A DNA stretch of 64,000 nt from Octopus sinensis. Its lineage: Eukaryota. Made by a program: the position numbers and the translations under genes. Shown piece by piece: positions 24,061 through 36,639 of this stretch (position 1 is the stretch's first letter; each line of letters starts with the position of its first letter). The DNA lies in NCBI RefSeq assembly GCF_006345805.1, contig NC_043000.1, positions 122,698,001-122,762,000 on the forward strand. Direction: 5' to 3'. The notes beneath the pieces were generated by a model, which searched no databases, had not been told where the DNA came from, and was given only the letters and a program-made list of their open reading frames with translations.

Positions 24061-25082
24061 ACTTGGAGAAGAAGAAACGAAACGAAACGAAACGAATCGA
24101 ATCGAATCGACGCGAGGGCGCTCAGTCATACAATAGTGTAATGAATAAAATATATGCATACATACATACATGTATGTACGTACCTACATCTACATGTATA
24201 TATACATGCATATATAAATATATATACGTGAGTACAGGACACCACAAATAGACGTAGAACTCAACGAGAAACGAAAACGTAAAAACAAGCATGAAACGGA
24301 CCATTTTTTTTACAACGAAAAAACAGAGTACAAGACAAACTACACAAGGAAAAATCCCCTTCATCAGCTGTCCCTAGTTCAACTCCAGCGTGTTTCGAAG
24401 GTGAGGACAGAACACGACTCGTCGAACTAGCCCTTCCTGCGAAAGAATTAAATAAAATTACTTCGCAGATGGGTAAAAACAAGGAAAGAAAAAAATGTGA
24501 CACAAACAAGACGTAAAAACGATACAAATAAAATTACAAAATAAAATACAAAATAAAATACAAAATAAGAATACAATTACAAAAAAATACAATACGAGAA
24601 ATAAAAACAAACAAGAAAACAAACGAAGAGGGCCTTTTTTTGGCCTAGACGAGGAAGATTCTAAGAGCGCAAGAAAAACCGTGTGTTTACAGTTAGGAGG
24701 CCGCAGGCGAAAGGAAGTATTTGGCCGGCTGTGAGAGAGATGAGGAGGAGTGAGAGAGAGAGAGAGAGAGAGGAAGACAAGCGGCTGAGAGAGAGATGAG
24801 GAGGAGTGAGAGAGAGAGAGAGATAGGGAAAGAAGGGAAGGTCAAGCAAAGAGTATAGAGTTTCGCGTCATAATTATATATAAAAACAGTACTTGGAGAA
24901 GAAGAAACGAAACGAAACGAATCGAATCGAATCGATGCGAGGGCGCTCAGTCATACAATAGTGTAATAAATAAAATATATGCATACATACATATATGTAC
25001 GTACCTACATCTACATGTATATACATGCATATATAAATATATATACGTGAGTACAGGACACCATAAATAGACGTAGAACTCA
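24061..25082 (+). repeat. ~200-bp direct repeats (24061-24263 and 24891-25082) flanking ~630 bp
   Basis: Near-identical ACTTGGAGAAGAAGAAACGAAACG...GAGGGCGCTCAGTCATAC...AGACGTAGAACTCA. Confidence 0.9.
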
Positions 25083-25109
25083 GTATATGTATATATATAT
25101 ATATATATA

Positions 25110-26430
25110 CAGTTAATCCAAACATGAAAGCACAAAAAAAAACACAACAACGCGAGGACGTGAAACAAATATAGTATTATTGGACGCTCAGGAAAGAAGG
25201 AAAGAGGGAGTGTTTAACGTCTCGAGCGGTTTCATTAGGGATGATCTGGACATGCTCAAACACCTCCCGAAAACAGTTAACAAGGAGGCGCTCCTGGTAT
25301 CCTTTGATGTCATCAACCTCTACACCAACATCCCACATGAATATGGTATTGAGGCAATTAATTTCTGGCTAGAAAAACACCCAGGGACATTCCCTGACCG
25401 CATTCACAAGACCTTTATTACAGAATCACTCAAGTTCATTCTGACAGACAATTATTTCCTCTTCGACAACACACACTACCGTCAAAAATGTGGTATTGCG
25501 ATGGGTACCAAGGCGGCACCAGTCCTTGCGAACCTCATAATGGGTTTCTTCAAACTATCACTCTATGAGATATCACACCAGAAATTTGGACATGTTTTCC
25601 ACACCTACCTAATGGAAAACTGGAAAAGTTATTTGGATGATTGTTTCATCATATGGAAAGAACCTTATGAAAAACTGAAATTCAAAACCATACTGAACAA
25701 CATACATCCCAACATCCAATTCACTATGGAATTAAGCAAACATCATCTCCCTTTCCTTGATCTCCTAATTATAAACACACCTAAGAATCAAATCATAACA
25801 GACATCTACCACAAACCTACAGACTCACAACAATACCTCCTCTTTAGTTCATGCCACCCAAAACACACCAAGACAAATATCCCTTTCAACTTAGCTAAAA
25901 GGGTATGCACCATTGTCTCGGATCCAAAAACACGAGAAATACGCCTTCAAGACCTCAAAAAAACACTATTACAACGCCAATATCCCTCCACCCTTATAGA
26001 GTATAGAATAAAACGCGCCAAAGAACTAGACAACATTACACTGAAAACCACCCAACTTAACACCACACACAACCCCAAAATACTTCCATACATTTCCACC
26101 CACAACCCCAAAAATATCGAAGGATACACCACAATCATACAAAACCTCAGTCTACTGTCAACAGACCCAAAAATGAAGAACATTATAAACACACACAAAA
26201 TCCTCAAATGTAAAAGGCAACACAAATCTTTTCGTGAACAATCATTAAACTCAAGATACACAAAGACTTTACAATGTTTCGGAGTACCTATTTTTTAATT
26301 TTTGTATATATTTATTATTAGTTTTTTGCAAAAACAATGTAATTTTCTGTTTTCCCCCTCCTCACATCAAAAAATTCTTTTTTTCTTTACAATTCTTGAA
26401 AGGTCATATTATGACGAAAATCGGTTTGAA
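25110..26430 (+). mobile_element. Penelope-like element relic: inverted terminus (25110-25229), RT, short 3' terminus, in (TA)n
   Basis: Terminus shared with 14816, PLE RT motifs, hammerhead-like remnants at ~25213-25229 (minus) and 26395-26424 (plus). Confidence 0.8.
25230..26265 (+). pseudogene. Penelope-type reverse transcriptase, truncated at both ends
   Basis: SFDVINLYTNIP, QKCGIAMGTKAAPVLANLIMG, WKSYLDDCF, IQFTME, LPFLD, YHKPTDSQQYLLFSSCHP, QYP..LI. No GIY-YIG domain follows. The ORF's first residues come from the fused terminus. Confidence 0.92.
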
Positions 26431-26474
<44 letters not shown>

Positions 26475-26610
26475 ATCAATTTTTCAAAAACTTTTTCCAT
26501 ACACCCATTTTCATTAAAATTTTCTTTCAATTTAGCATTCTGCCTTTTTACAATTTTTCCTTGCTTATCATTTCTCCACGTGCGGTCAACACAACCCCAC
26601 CATTTATTGA

Positions 26611-26674
<64 letters not shown>

Positions 26675-26686
26675 TATATATATATA

Positions 26687-26830
26687 TAGGGAATGTCAAA
26701 AATTATCCGCACTTTCGCCATAACATATCTTTATTATTGTCACACGGTCTTCTGCGCATGCTTATGATTGGTACTATTGTGGTCACATGATCGAAGTTTG
26801 AGCCTGATCCCACCGTTTTTCTCTCTGGCT
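26687..26830 (+). mobile_element. One-ended Tc1/mariner-like MITE remnant
   Basis: (TA)n-TAGGGAATGTCAAAAATTATCCGCAC resembles the TIR at 42413; no partner TIR seen. Confidence 0.35.
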
Positions 26831-27112
26831 TTGCATTGTAAGCATGGCACCTCCACTAGCAGTATGCATCAGAGAAGAACAAAGATACATACATTTATAT
26901 ATATATATATGTGTGTGTGTGTCTGTGTGTATGTGTCCCAAAATGGAGCAAGGACGCCACTGACGACAATAAAACATCCGGACAGACTGACGATACGAAG
27001 GCGGACAGGACAAAACAAGGATGGGCCATTTGTGGCTTTCTCTCCTCAATCAAATTTCCAGATTATCCTTACAGTTTCGACCGCTTACACTTGACACTGT
27101 TCAAATCTGGGC

Positions 27113-27172
<60 letters not shown>

Positions 27173-28576
27173 CAAATACCATACGAAATTCTGGTGCCTT
27201 TAACTTAAGTACCATATTCATCTGAATCTAAATTTGGTGAACTTATATATATATATATATATCTTCTTATGCATGTAATCCAAAATATACCATAATTTAG
27301 TAATTGCACCTATGCTCAGTAAAATATTTGGGGAAATTCTTTTGTGATGAATTTGCATCAGTTAATAGCATTTTCAGATACAACTGAACTGTGTTTCAAC
27401 TGTTTACATATTGAAATAATTTTGTTAATTTAAGTCTTACAGCTTATGTGTTTGAAGCTGTCACTTGCAATGTTTTTATTCAGAATATACATATGAGATG
27501 CAATTGAATGAGTGTTGCCTTTAGTTTTACATCGTTTAGACACGGATTTTATGTAAGCTTTGGTTAGGGCAATACACCAGCCAACGTACAGTATAACGTG
27601 TTTACCAAGGAAGAAAAAATACTATGGCACCAGATCGTTTCTTTTTTCTTCCATAAACTATTAAGTTCGAGCATATATTTTCCCGAGAAGCTTTTAAATA
27701 GAATAATCTGCAACAGATAAATTAAGAGGATTAATCTCCAAATATGTCCGGTATATGTTCCTGCTGACTCAACATATAATTACCATAAACTCTAATCTAA
27801 AATTTCTTTATGAAAACTAAAATCCGTGTATTAAAAAAACAAAAGAATAGTTAAACTGTCGAAGAATATTGGCATTGGACAGTAGTAATTTGGAAATGCC
27901 ATCGACTGATAAAAGCCTAAAATTGATTAACGTCTAGGTTAAAATAAATTATATTTGTTCTTGTCATATTTTATATCCATAAATATCTACTCGTGTTTTA
28001 ATGGATTCCAGAACCGTAATATATTGCGGTATTTTATTACATTAACCTAATGTATGTAATAAAAAGCCCAATTTGAGAAAAGAAACGTTGGACAGAGTCT
28101 CTAAAGTTCAAAGGCTGACCGAGCTTGCCAGTTATCCTGCCAGCATGCAAAATCACTGCATTATTTCGGCGTTTGTTGCTACTTTCGACAAACGCTTCAG
28201 TCATGCCCCTTTTCTCTTAGCTTTTCTCCTTGTTTTTCTTTCTCTTGCTTTTCCCTTCTCTCACATATGAGAAATATGACAATAATTAAATGCTTAAATG
28301 ATAAACTGAACCTTTAATCGTTGTTTTCTGGTATCAATAAGAATGAGACGTTGATGGACATATAACATATAAATTGAATATCCTTTCTTTGAGTACCTCG
28401 TAAATATTTCCTAGCACAGGTTTATAGTATGTCATTTACTATGAGGAATGCTGCTTGGCATGCAGCTGGATTATCTCTTATTCATGTAAAGCAATATGCT
28501 GGAAAACACACAGCAACAGCAAGAAGAAACTTCACCTTCTAGAATTCTCAATACAATCAAACAGTACAGTAAACTA

Positions 28577-29143
28577 CTGGGTTGTCCGGAAAGTTCGTGC
28601 CGATTTATAGTAGCTTACCATTCGACTTATTTTAAAATATAGTTGAGTCCATAAAATAGGATTTGGCTACATCCCCATTTAGAGCACAGTTTAAGCTATC
28701 ATTTCGTGGAAGAAGGTTTATGTTCCTATAATCTGTGCTAATTAAGTAACCCTTTAAAATGGAAGATAAGAAAGTTCGTTTTCGGCACTTGATGATTTGG
28801 GAACCAGATAAAAATTGATGCAGCTCGGCTGTGATGTGTTACCCCACCCTCCATATTCACCAGATATTTCTCCTTCGAATTTCCCCTTATTCAGGTCTCT
28901 GCAGAATAGTCTTAATGGTAAAAATTTCAATTCCTTGGATGAGGTAAAAAGATATCTTAATGAATTATTTGCAATGAAACCACCTCAATTCTGGGAAGAG
29001 GGTATTTTCAAGTTAAAGGAAAGATGGAGACGCATTGTGCAACAAAATGTTTCATATTTGATAGATTAAAAATGTCATGGCATGTATTTGTTGACCTTTT
29101 CCTTTCCTTTTAAAAATCGGCACGAACTTTCCGGACAACACAA
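28577..29143 (+). mobile_element. Internally deleted mariner element (567 bp)
   Basis: 30-bp TIRs with 28/30 match (CTGGGTTGTCCGGAAAGTTCGTGCCGATTT), TA TSD at 28575-76 and 29144-45; MEDKKVRFRHLM (28759) joined to LPHPPYSPDISPSNFPLFRSLQN...ERWRRIVQQNVSYLID*. Confidence 0.93.
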
Positions 29144-29442
29144 TAGTTTACTGAACTGTAACATTGTTTCTAAATATCAAACTCTTCAATTAAAGCATCG
29201 CAATGATACTCAGTATTCCCGTGTTGCTATTCTATGACGATCGTTCCCATTTAAATTGATCGTATATCCTATTATTTGGATAGGTTAAATCCTGTCTTGA
29301 GCTCTAATTTAGATTGGGTTTTACGATTCTTGTTTATTTAATATTCATTGGAAATACCTTCTATATCACTTAATGAACAACCACACAGTATACAGCTCTC
29401 GAGTTACATGACGACACCGAAGCCATATACAAGAAGTAGTAA

Positions 29443-29830
29443 TCTCTCTATATAAAGCTGAAGTTGTGTGTGTATGGTAGGTTTGGTAGCTTTCAACTAA
29501 CACTATCTCCTCCGAGATCCTGCGGCGCAAGTTGACCAAACTTGAGAGTATGATAGAAGGTTTGCTCTTCCTTCCGTAGGAGAAAAAATTCAAATCCGAC
29601 CATGTTAACACCAAAAATTTTTTACATCAAAACGGTGCTTTTTTTCTATGAAAATCCCTATTTTTTACGATCTTTTGTCTGCTGTGTCACTATTTTTCGG
29701 TGTATTTCAACCAGAGAAAATGTTCACTTAAAGTGAATAACAAGCTACACAATGCAAAACTTTTACTTTTCAAAAATTTCAATTCTAAAGGGTCGAAACA
29801 AACCCGAGGAACGCCGGGCGATACTGCTAG
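29443..29830 (+). mobile_element. Non-autonomous Helitron (388 bp)
   Basis: A|TCTCTCTATATAAAG start, imperfect GC hairpin CCCGAGGAACGCCGGG (29803-29818), CTAG|T end, no TSD. Confidence 0.75.
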
Positions 29831-29888
29831 TTTGGAATAAGCAGAAGAGCGCTGAGTATATTCATGCATTTATTTAGCCTCTTCGCTC

Positions 29889-30139
29889 CTCTTTACTCTT
29901 TTACTCTTTACCATCTTTTACTTGTTTCAGTCATTTGACTGTGGTCATGCTGGAACACCGTCTTTAGTCGAGCAAATCGACCCCAGAACTTATTCTTTGT
30001 AAGACTACTACTTATTCTAACGCTCACTTTTGCCAAATCGCTCAGTTACGGGGACGTAAACACACCAGCATCGGTTGCCAAGCGATGTTGGGGAAACAAA
30101 CACAGACACACAAACATACACACACACACACACACACAT

Positions 30140-30190
<51 letters not shown>

Positions 30191-30355
30191 CGGCAGGCCT
30201 CTTTCAGTTTCCGTCTACCAAATCCACTCACAAGGCTTTGGTCGGCCCGTGGCTATAGTAGAACACACTTGCCCAAGGTGCCACGCAGTGGGACTGAACC
30301 CGGAACAATGTGGTTGTTAAGCAAGCCACTTACCACACTGCCACTCCTACGCCTA
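29889..30355 (-). mobile_element. SINE family C, full length
   Basis: Minus TAGGCGTAGGAGTGGCAGTGTGGTAAG, GTTCCGGGTTCAGTCCC, CCTTGGGCAAGTGTG (CORE-like), internal (TA)(TG) tract, tail GTAAAAGAGTAAAGAG. Confidence 0.9.
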
Positions 30356-30564
30356 CTTCTCTTTCTGAATAAAATTAGCCGAGATCGAATTTACTGTGCA
30401 TAACACCGAGATCCAAAGTTTATATATAGAACAAAAACATACACTTAACACGCTCCGCTGACAAAAGTCGGCTTTATGGTATGTCACAAGACAGAAATAT
30501 CATTTACAGAGTTAGAGGATTCACTCGGTTTTTTTCCGTCTTAATGTCCTCCTGTATTGAAAAT

Positions 30565-31008
30565 GGATCTTTTCGGTTTGAACGGCAGTTTTTTTAAATA
30601 ATTTCCACGTAACTAAACACTTTTAAACTTCGTATACTGGTAGAATGTGTTTATAAAACATCTTTTTCTCTTGGCTTTATTGAGAAAATTCTATAGTTTG
30701 TAAGATATTTGTTGTTGTTTTTTCTTCAATTTCTGCAATTTCAACCAATCAATGACGTCTATTGAGCTGAAAACATTCTGTGCCGTGTGAAAATGTCCCT
30801 CGTTTAAGAAACCGATTGGGTTTATTTACATTTCTGAAGAAAAAGAAGATACCCTTCCCCCCACCCCTAACCCTAACCCTAAATAACCCTAACTAACCCT
30901 AACCCTAAAACAGATTGAAATGCAATAGATCGATACTAGGGTCATAATTATGGATGACAATTTCATATGACACCGCTAGAAAAACTGCCGTTCAAACCGA
31001 AAAGATCC
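30565..31008. mobile_element. MITE with perfect 28-bp TIRs and internal (CCCTAA)n
   Basis: GGATCTTTTCGGTTTGAACGGCAGTTTT at 30565-30592 with exact reverse complement at 30981-31008; flanks TTGAAAAT/CTGAAAAT (7/8 TSD match). Confidence 0.88.
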
Positions 31009-32560
31009 CTGAAAATTACAGCCAAGCAAACAGAAAAACTAACATTTTTTTTATACATAATTCAAAATAGGAGGCATTGTCGATCTTGGCTACAGCAAAT
31101 TTGATAACCTACTGATGTAACAGACAGGAATTCCTCCAATAACCATTATTTAACTTTGCTTCAGTCCTCTAGATGCCCAGGCTTAAAATGTTTTACCTCC
31201 CTCCCATCTCATTCCTCGAACTTTATATACATTCTCTGCTATTCTCCGAAATACTCATAAGACCAGTAACTGTTCGTGTCGTACATGTTTCAAAACTTGG
31301 TCTGACATTTGGATGTCAGTGCTGACAAAACCTGTAGGAAATCATCTACAGTCATCCATTAGGAAAGGTGTGATGATTGTCGAGCAGCGATTGCCCAAAG
31401 GCATCAAATGTTACCTTATTTTGAGAAATCAACCAATGTTTTCAAACTATATACGAACCACAAGAGCGCTTCCTTCAAAACTTACAATTAGTTCTACTAA
31501 TCCTTTGCTAAAAAAGAGGGGTGATTTTTTACCCCCCAGCTTCTCTGAATATTGCTAATCGCAGTTTCTGGAAGAAAAAAAAACACATCGGTGGTGAAAA
31601 TACTGTCTTTGTTTGCCTTATACTTCTAACATATCCAAGTCGCTGAAAGGTTATAAAACCATAGGCTAAGATGGTTCTAATCATGCATAACAGCATCAAC
31701 ACATGAAACGTTACTGAAATGACATCGCGTAGACTAAACTACTGCTTCGTAAAGAGAAAATAAATACTTTATCCTCTATCAGTACTGAATCGACTCAAGG
31801 TCGAATAAAGTCCATATCAGACTGCCTCTCACATATCCAGAAAAATGATGTTGCTGATGTTTACTGCTACTTATATACAGACATCGGAAGCGGCATAAAA
31901 AAAAATCATTATTCTGTTAATTAGCCACAATTCTCTCAACAAACAACTGCTAAAACAATGACGTGATGTTGCTTATTGCTGCCTCTCCTACTGTTGCTAT
32001 AACGGTTTCTTTTTTGAAATAATAATCAGCATACTGCTTCTGCACTGGCCCAGCTGTTGCGCTCATATCATTATTTTTTATGCTGTTTATGATATATGAG
32101 TTTTCATCATTCCATCACATTGCATTGAATGTCATGAAATGATGAAGATGCAGAAGTAGATGCGCCAAAAGACGACATTGCTTCTGTGCATGAAATTATT
32201 GGAACGCTAACAATGTCTTGCTTCAAGGCTATTCTGTCATACAGAATGTATGCATAGAATTTAAACAAAACCGTTTTTAATGCACACATGTAAAGACTTA
32301 GTCTTGCAGTAAAACTTATTATACCTGGCACGGCATCCAGGTATACCATACACATTGTACAAATGGAGTCACAATACAACATATGTAGATATATAGGGGT
32401 GTGTGTAAGTGTGTGTGTGTGTAAGTGTGTGTGTGTGTGGTGTGTGTGTGTGTGCATCTTTAGAAATATGAGTATATACCTACATGCATACATACATAGG
32501 TAATAATATAGAGAGGTAATAAATCTCTGAGCGAAGTATAAACAGTAGCTGCACGACATC

Positions 32561-32839
32561 GTGAATTATATTTGCCACTTAAATGTGGCTAACCCCTAAG
32601 AGTGGATGCTACTGTAGCTTGTAGCCCCAGGAGGACACCTCCTCGACGGGTCAATACCCAGAAACTCGAGTCCATGTGTATCATAGGTTGAAGACGGAAG
32701 GGTTGGTTTCCCTTTGCAAATACTGATAGAGCACAGAAAGTGTGTCAATAGCCAGCTGGAGGTGTCCTCCTGGGGCTACAAGCTACAGTAGCATCCACCC
32801 TTATGGGTTAGCCACATTTAAGTAGCAAATATAATTCAC
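32561..32839. repeat. Foldback: 82-bp inverted arms with 115-bp spacer
   Basis: 32561-32642 versus reverse complement of 32758-32839: 3 mismatches counted by eye; no clear TSD. Confidence 0.9.
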
Positions 32840-33808
32840 ATTTCTTCAAACTTTTTTCACTACGAATATAATCTCAAGATGGGTACCAATGCTTTGTTCC
32901 TTTCTTCAATATTTACAAAATTTTACAATGATCGAACATGCTGTCGTTAACTTAGAATGATTTATGGCATCCAGTAAATATTCTACTGTTCATCATTTAC
33001 AATGTCACCATTTCGAATATTTCAGTACCTTCATAATACAGTTTTTCTCGGGAAGGACTCACTTTTCTGCGAAGAGTAACTTTCACCTTCACTTGAGCTG
33101 AAGTAAATTCTTCTCCTGTGAAATTTCCCCAGAAAGCAACAAAATTCCCAACAACAAAACAGCATGGAACATATTCCAGTTTCTGGTTATCTTTCATTAT
33201 CAGCCTTTTACATTTCAGCATATCTTTGGCACTACGAATTTTATTCTTACTTTACATTTCATTTTAATCTTTTTCACTACAAATTTTATTCACTCTTCGC
33301 ATTTAAAACGACATTCCAATACAAAAGATCTTTTTTTTCTATTGCAAATTAGGGAAAGTGTTTCCTGAGCGAAAAAGGAAAATTTTATTTTTTTTATTTA
33401 TCGATACATATGATAAAGGGATCTAACGTTGTTCAATAATTGTTCAAACGCATCGCCAAAGAGACGCTGAAGAATTTCTCTTTCGCATGCATTATGTGCC
33501 TGAAGCAAAACCTATGTTGCTTCATATTCCAATAGCAAAAAGCTATGCTGATCTGAAATCTCCTGCAGGGGAAATTATGTCCAGTTTCAAAGATACATGC
33601 ATTTCTCTTGGTGCATTGGAAAATAACGAACAATTTTAAAATGCTATCATGGAAGCTTAGAATAATAATGCTTATAGCAATGTGTGGTCAGTGCCACTTT
33701 AGGAATATAACGCAGATTCAAACATTTAAATGACGCAAGGATTTTATTTTGTTGTTGTTGTTGTTAAGGAGCTTGGAGTAATAGAAAGCTTAAACAATGG
33801 CACTTCAT

Positions 33809-34191
33809 AACTAGAGCACTCAGAGAGCGCAAACCTCTATCAAGGCGACACCAATGTCCTCTCAACGATTAACTTGAGATCGTTTTCAAATGAGAATATC
33901 GGAAATAAACTCGACTGCTTTCACAAACGAGAATACTAGAAATGAACACAACCGCTCTCAAAAATTAAGTAAAGAGAAAAAAAAAAAAACAGGAAAAATA
34001 ATCCAGAATTCTTGTCTGGTTGTGAAACGATCCCAAAATCTAATCAGTTCGTGCCTGTCACGAGACCAAACATCCCGGAAAGTTTCATACGAATCTATCC
34101 AGCGGTTTTCTGAGAAATCTTGTCCATGGACAAACAAACAAACCCAACTGAAAAACGATACCCGCGCCTTCGCTAAGGCGGAGGTAAAAAA
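33809..34191 (+). mobile_element. Helentron-associated (HINE-like) non-autonomous element
   Basis: AACTAGAGCACTCAGAGAGCGCAAACCTC start, internal AAGTTTCAT...ATCCAGCGGTTTTCTGAGAAATC, (AAAC)3, terminal hairpin CGCCTT-CGCT-AAGGCG then GAGGTAAAAAA. Classification rests on remembered resemblance. Confidence 0.6.
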
Positions 34192-34299
34192 GCGGTCTTA
34201 AGTGAAGATGGAACAAATTGTGAGAGAATATTTTACCAAAGAATCAATCCTAATATTCCTTCTCTCCTATCTTTCCTTCTCCCTCTCTCTCTCTCTCTT

Positions 34300-34351
<52 letters not shown>

Positions 34352-34472
34352 AGAAGAATCTCTATAAATAGTCATTTATACGTTGAAGCACCTGTTGGAT
34401 GAAGTAAAACGTATTTAATAAGCTCAAATCCCGACTTCGAAACAACATTCCTCAAGTATTATGTACAACATA

Positions 34473-34697
34473 TATTTCTTTACTACCCACTAGGGGCTAA
34501 ACACAGAAGGGACAAACAGGGACAGACAAACGGATTAAGTCGATTACAGCGACCCCAGTGCGTAACTGGTACTTAATTTATCGACCCCGAAAGGATGAAA
34601 GGCAAAGTCGACCTCGGCGGAATTTGAACTCGGAACGTAACGACAGATGAAATACGGCTACGCATTTAGTCCATCGTGCTAACGTTTCTGCCAGCTC
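34473..34697 (-). mobile_element. SINE family A monomer
   Basis: 10-bp TSD GTACAACATA at 34463-34472 and 34698-34707. Confidence 0.9.
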
Positions 34698-34857
34698 GTA
34701 CAACATAGTCCTTACTATGTTCAACATAGTACTTACCGTTATCTTACTCCTGGAAACCATAAAAGCCTGCATCATAACTAATTTACTTGCGCCTTAACAC
34801 AGAGGAATAACTGCAGTATATTCCCGAATTCTAATGAACCCATAGCTTATATATACA

Positions 34858-35088
34858 TTCTTCTATTCTCTTATTCTCTTACTTGCTTCAGTCATTTAGC
34901 TGCAGCCATGCTGGAGCACCGCCTTGAAGTGCTTTAATCAAGTAAATCAACCCGACGACTTATTTGTTAAGCTTAGTACTTATTCTAAATGACTCTTTTG
35001 GCGAACCGCTAAGTTACAGGAACGGAAACACATTAACACCGGTTATCAAGCGGTGTTGCGAACACAAACACAAGGATACACACACACA

Positions 35089-35187
<99 letters not shown>

Positions 35188-35358
35188 ATATGTTTCTATG
35201 CATTTATGTATGTATATAGGACGGGTTTCTTTCAGTTTCCATCCACAGGTCGTTCCGAGGCTATAGTAGAAGACACTTGCCTCAAGATGCCATGCGGTGA
35301 GACTGAACCCGGAACCATACGGTTGGAAAACAAGCTTCTTACAACGTAGCCACATGTC
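34858..35358 (-). mobile_element. SINE family C
   Basis: Same head, internal CA/TA tract and tail as other C copies. Confidence 0.85.
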
Positions 35359-36167
35359 GAGTATGTACACCGACTCGAAAGTTTCAACTAGGTGGGAAAT
35401 ACCTTTTAATTATAGAAAAACGTCATTTCCGAGCAAAGGAGCAGTTTAGCTTCCAACAGAATCAACCGTCTTGGTTTTGAACAGGTTCAGACGTTCTGCA
35501 ACCCCCATTCCCATCAAACACACACAATTAAAGGTCCGCCATATTCAAACAAAATGGGCAGTTGCATTTATCAAATGCTTCAATAAAAATTTCCCGGAGA
35601 AACATTTAGCCCTTTTGCGCACAGTCGTTCGATTATCTACTTAATATCCTTACTGTCAGCCATCTTGGTATCATCATAGAAAGATTCCTTATATGCAAAT
35701 TACTCAGCCTTTATATGCACCATAGCTGAGATGTGTAAGAATATCATGGCGGAATATTATAAAGAGCTGCAGAATGTGAGAGTATCAAAGTTCATATCCA
35801 GTATTTAATTTAACTTATATACGAGAGGAACTTTTGTCAATAAACTTCGTATTATGAATAACGGGTGGTAATAACACGCTATGACTTATGTAAATCAATC
35901 GTATGTGCCTTTATGTAAACGTATATACGGATATCTGTCTGTGTGTGTATGACTGTGTGTATATGTGTATGTGTGTGTGTATATATGTATATGCGTACTG
36001 TGTATGTGTATGGATAATCACATGTATAAATGTGTGTATGTATATATATATATATATAATATACAAATACATACATACATGTCTATGTGTGTGCGTGTTT
36101 AATATCCATAGACGCACCACATGCACAGACACATATATAAACGTATATATATATACGCACACATATG

Positions 36168-36618
36168 TAGGTGCAGGTGTAACTGTGTGGTGAATAGCTT
36201 GCTTAACAACCACATGGTTCCGGGTTCAGTCCCACTGTGTGGCAACTTGGGCAAGTGTCTTCTACTGTAGCCTCGGCCGACTAGATCCTTGTGACTGTAT
36301 TTGGTAGACGGAAACTGAAAGAAGCCCGTCATATGTGTGTGTCTGTGCACGCGCGCGTGTGTGTGTGTGTGTGCGTGTATGTTTGTTTGCATGTTTTTAT
36401 CCCCCCAACATCGTTTGACAACCGGTGATGGCGTGGTTACAACCCTGTAACTTAGCGTTTCGGCAAAAAAACGAATATATATACACACACACACACACAC
36501 GCATATGCGCAGGTGTACCTGTGTGGTAAGTAGATTGCTTATCAACCACGAGGTTCCGGGTTCAGTCCCACTGCGTGGCACCGTGTCTTCTACTATATCC
36601 TCGGGCCAACCAAAGCTT
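36168..36618 (+). mobile_element. Two SINE C pieces (36168-36473, lacking the tail; 36507-36618, head only)
   Basis: GGTTCCGGGTTCAGTCCCACTG occurs twice; CTTGGGCAAGTGTCTTCTAC in the first. Confidence 0.8.
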
Positions 36619-36639
36619 CTTATAGCGCTAAGCTTCTTA

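Noticed and set aside
24345-24420. Circularly permuted hammerhead (GAAAC ... CUGAUGA on minus)
   Set aside because: Stem I cannot be formed, and no GAAA follows stem II in the linear order.
24061-25082. LTR retrotransposon or CRISPR-like array
   Set aside because: Only two repeats, no TG...CA ends, PBS or PPT, and no regular repeat-spacer periodicity anywhere in the window.
30865-30908. Chromosome end or fusion scar
   Set aside because: Only about six units, one orientation, enclosed by MITE TIRs.
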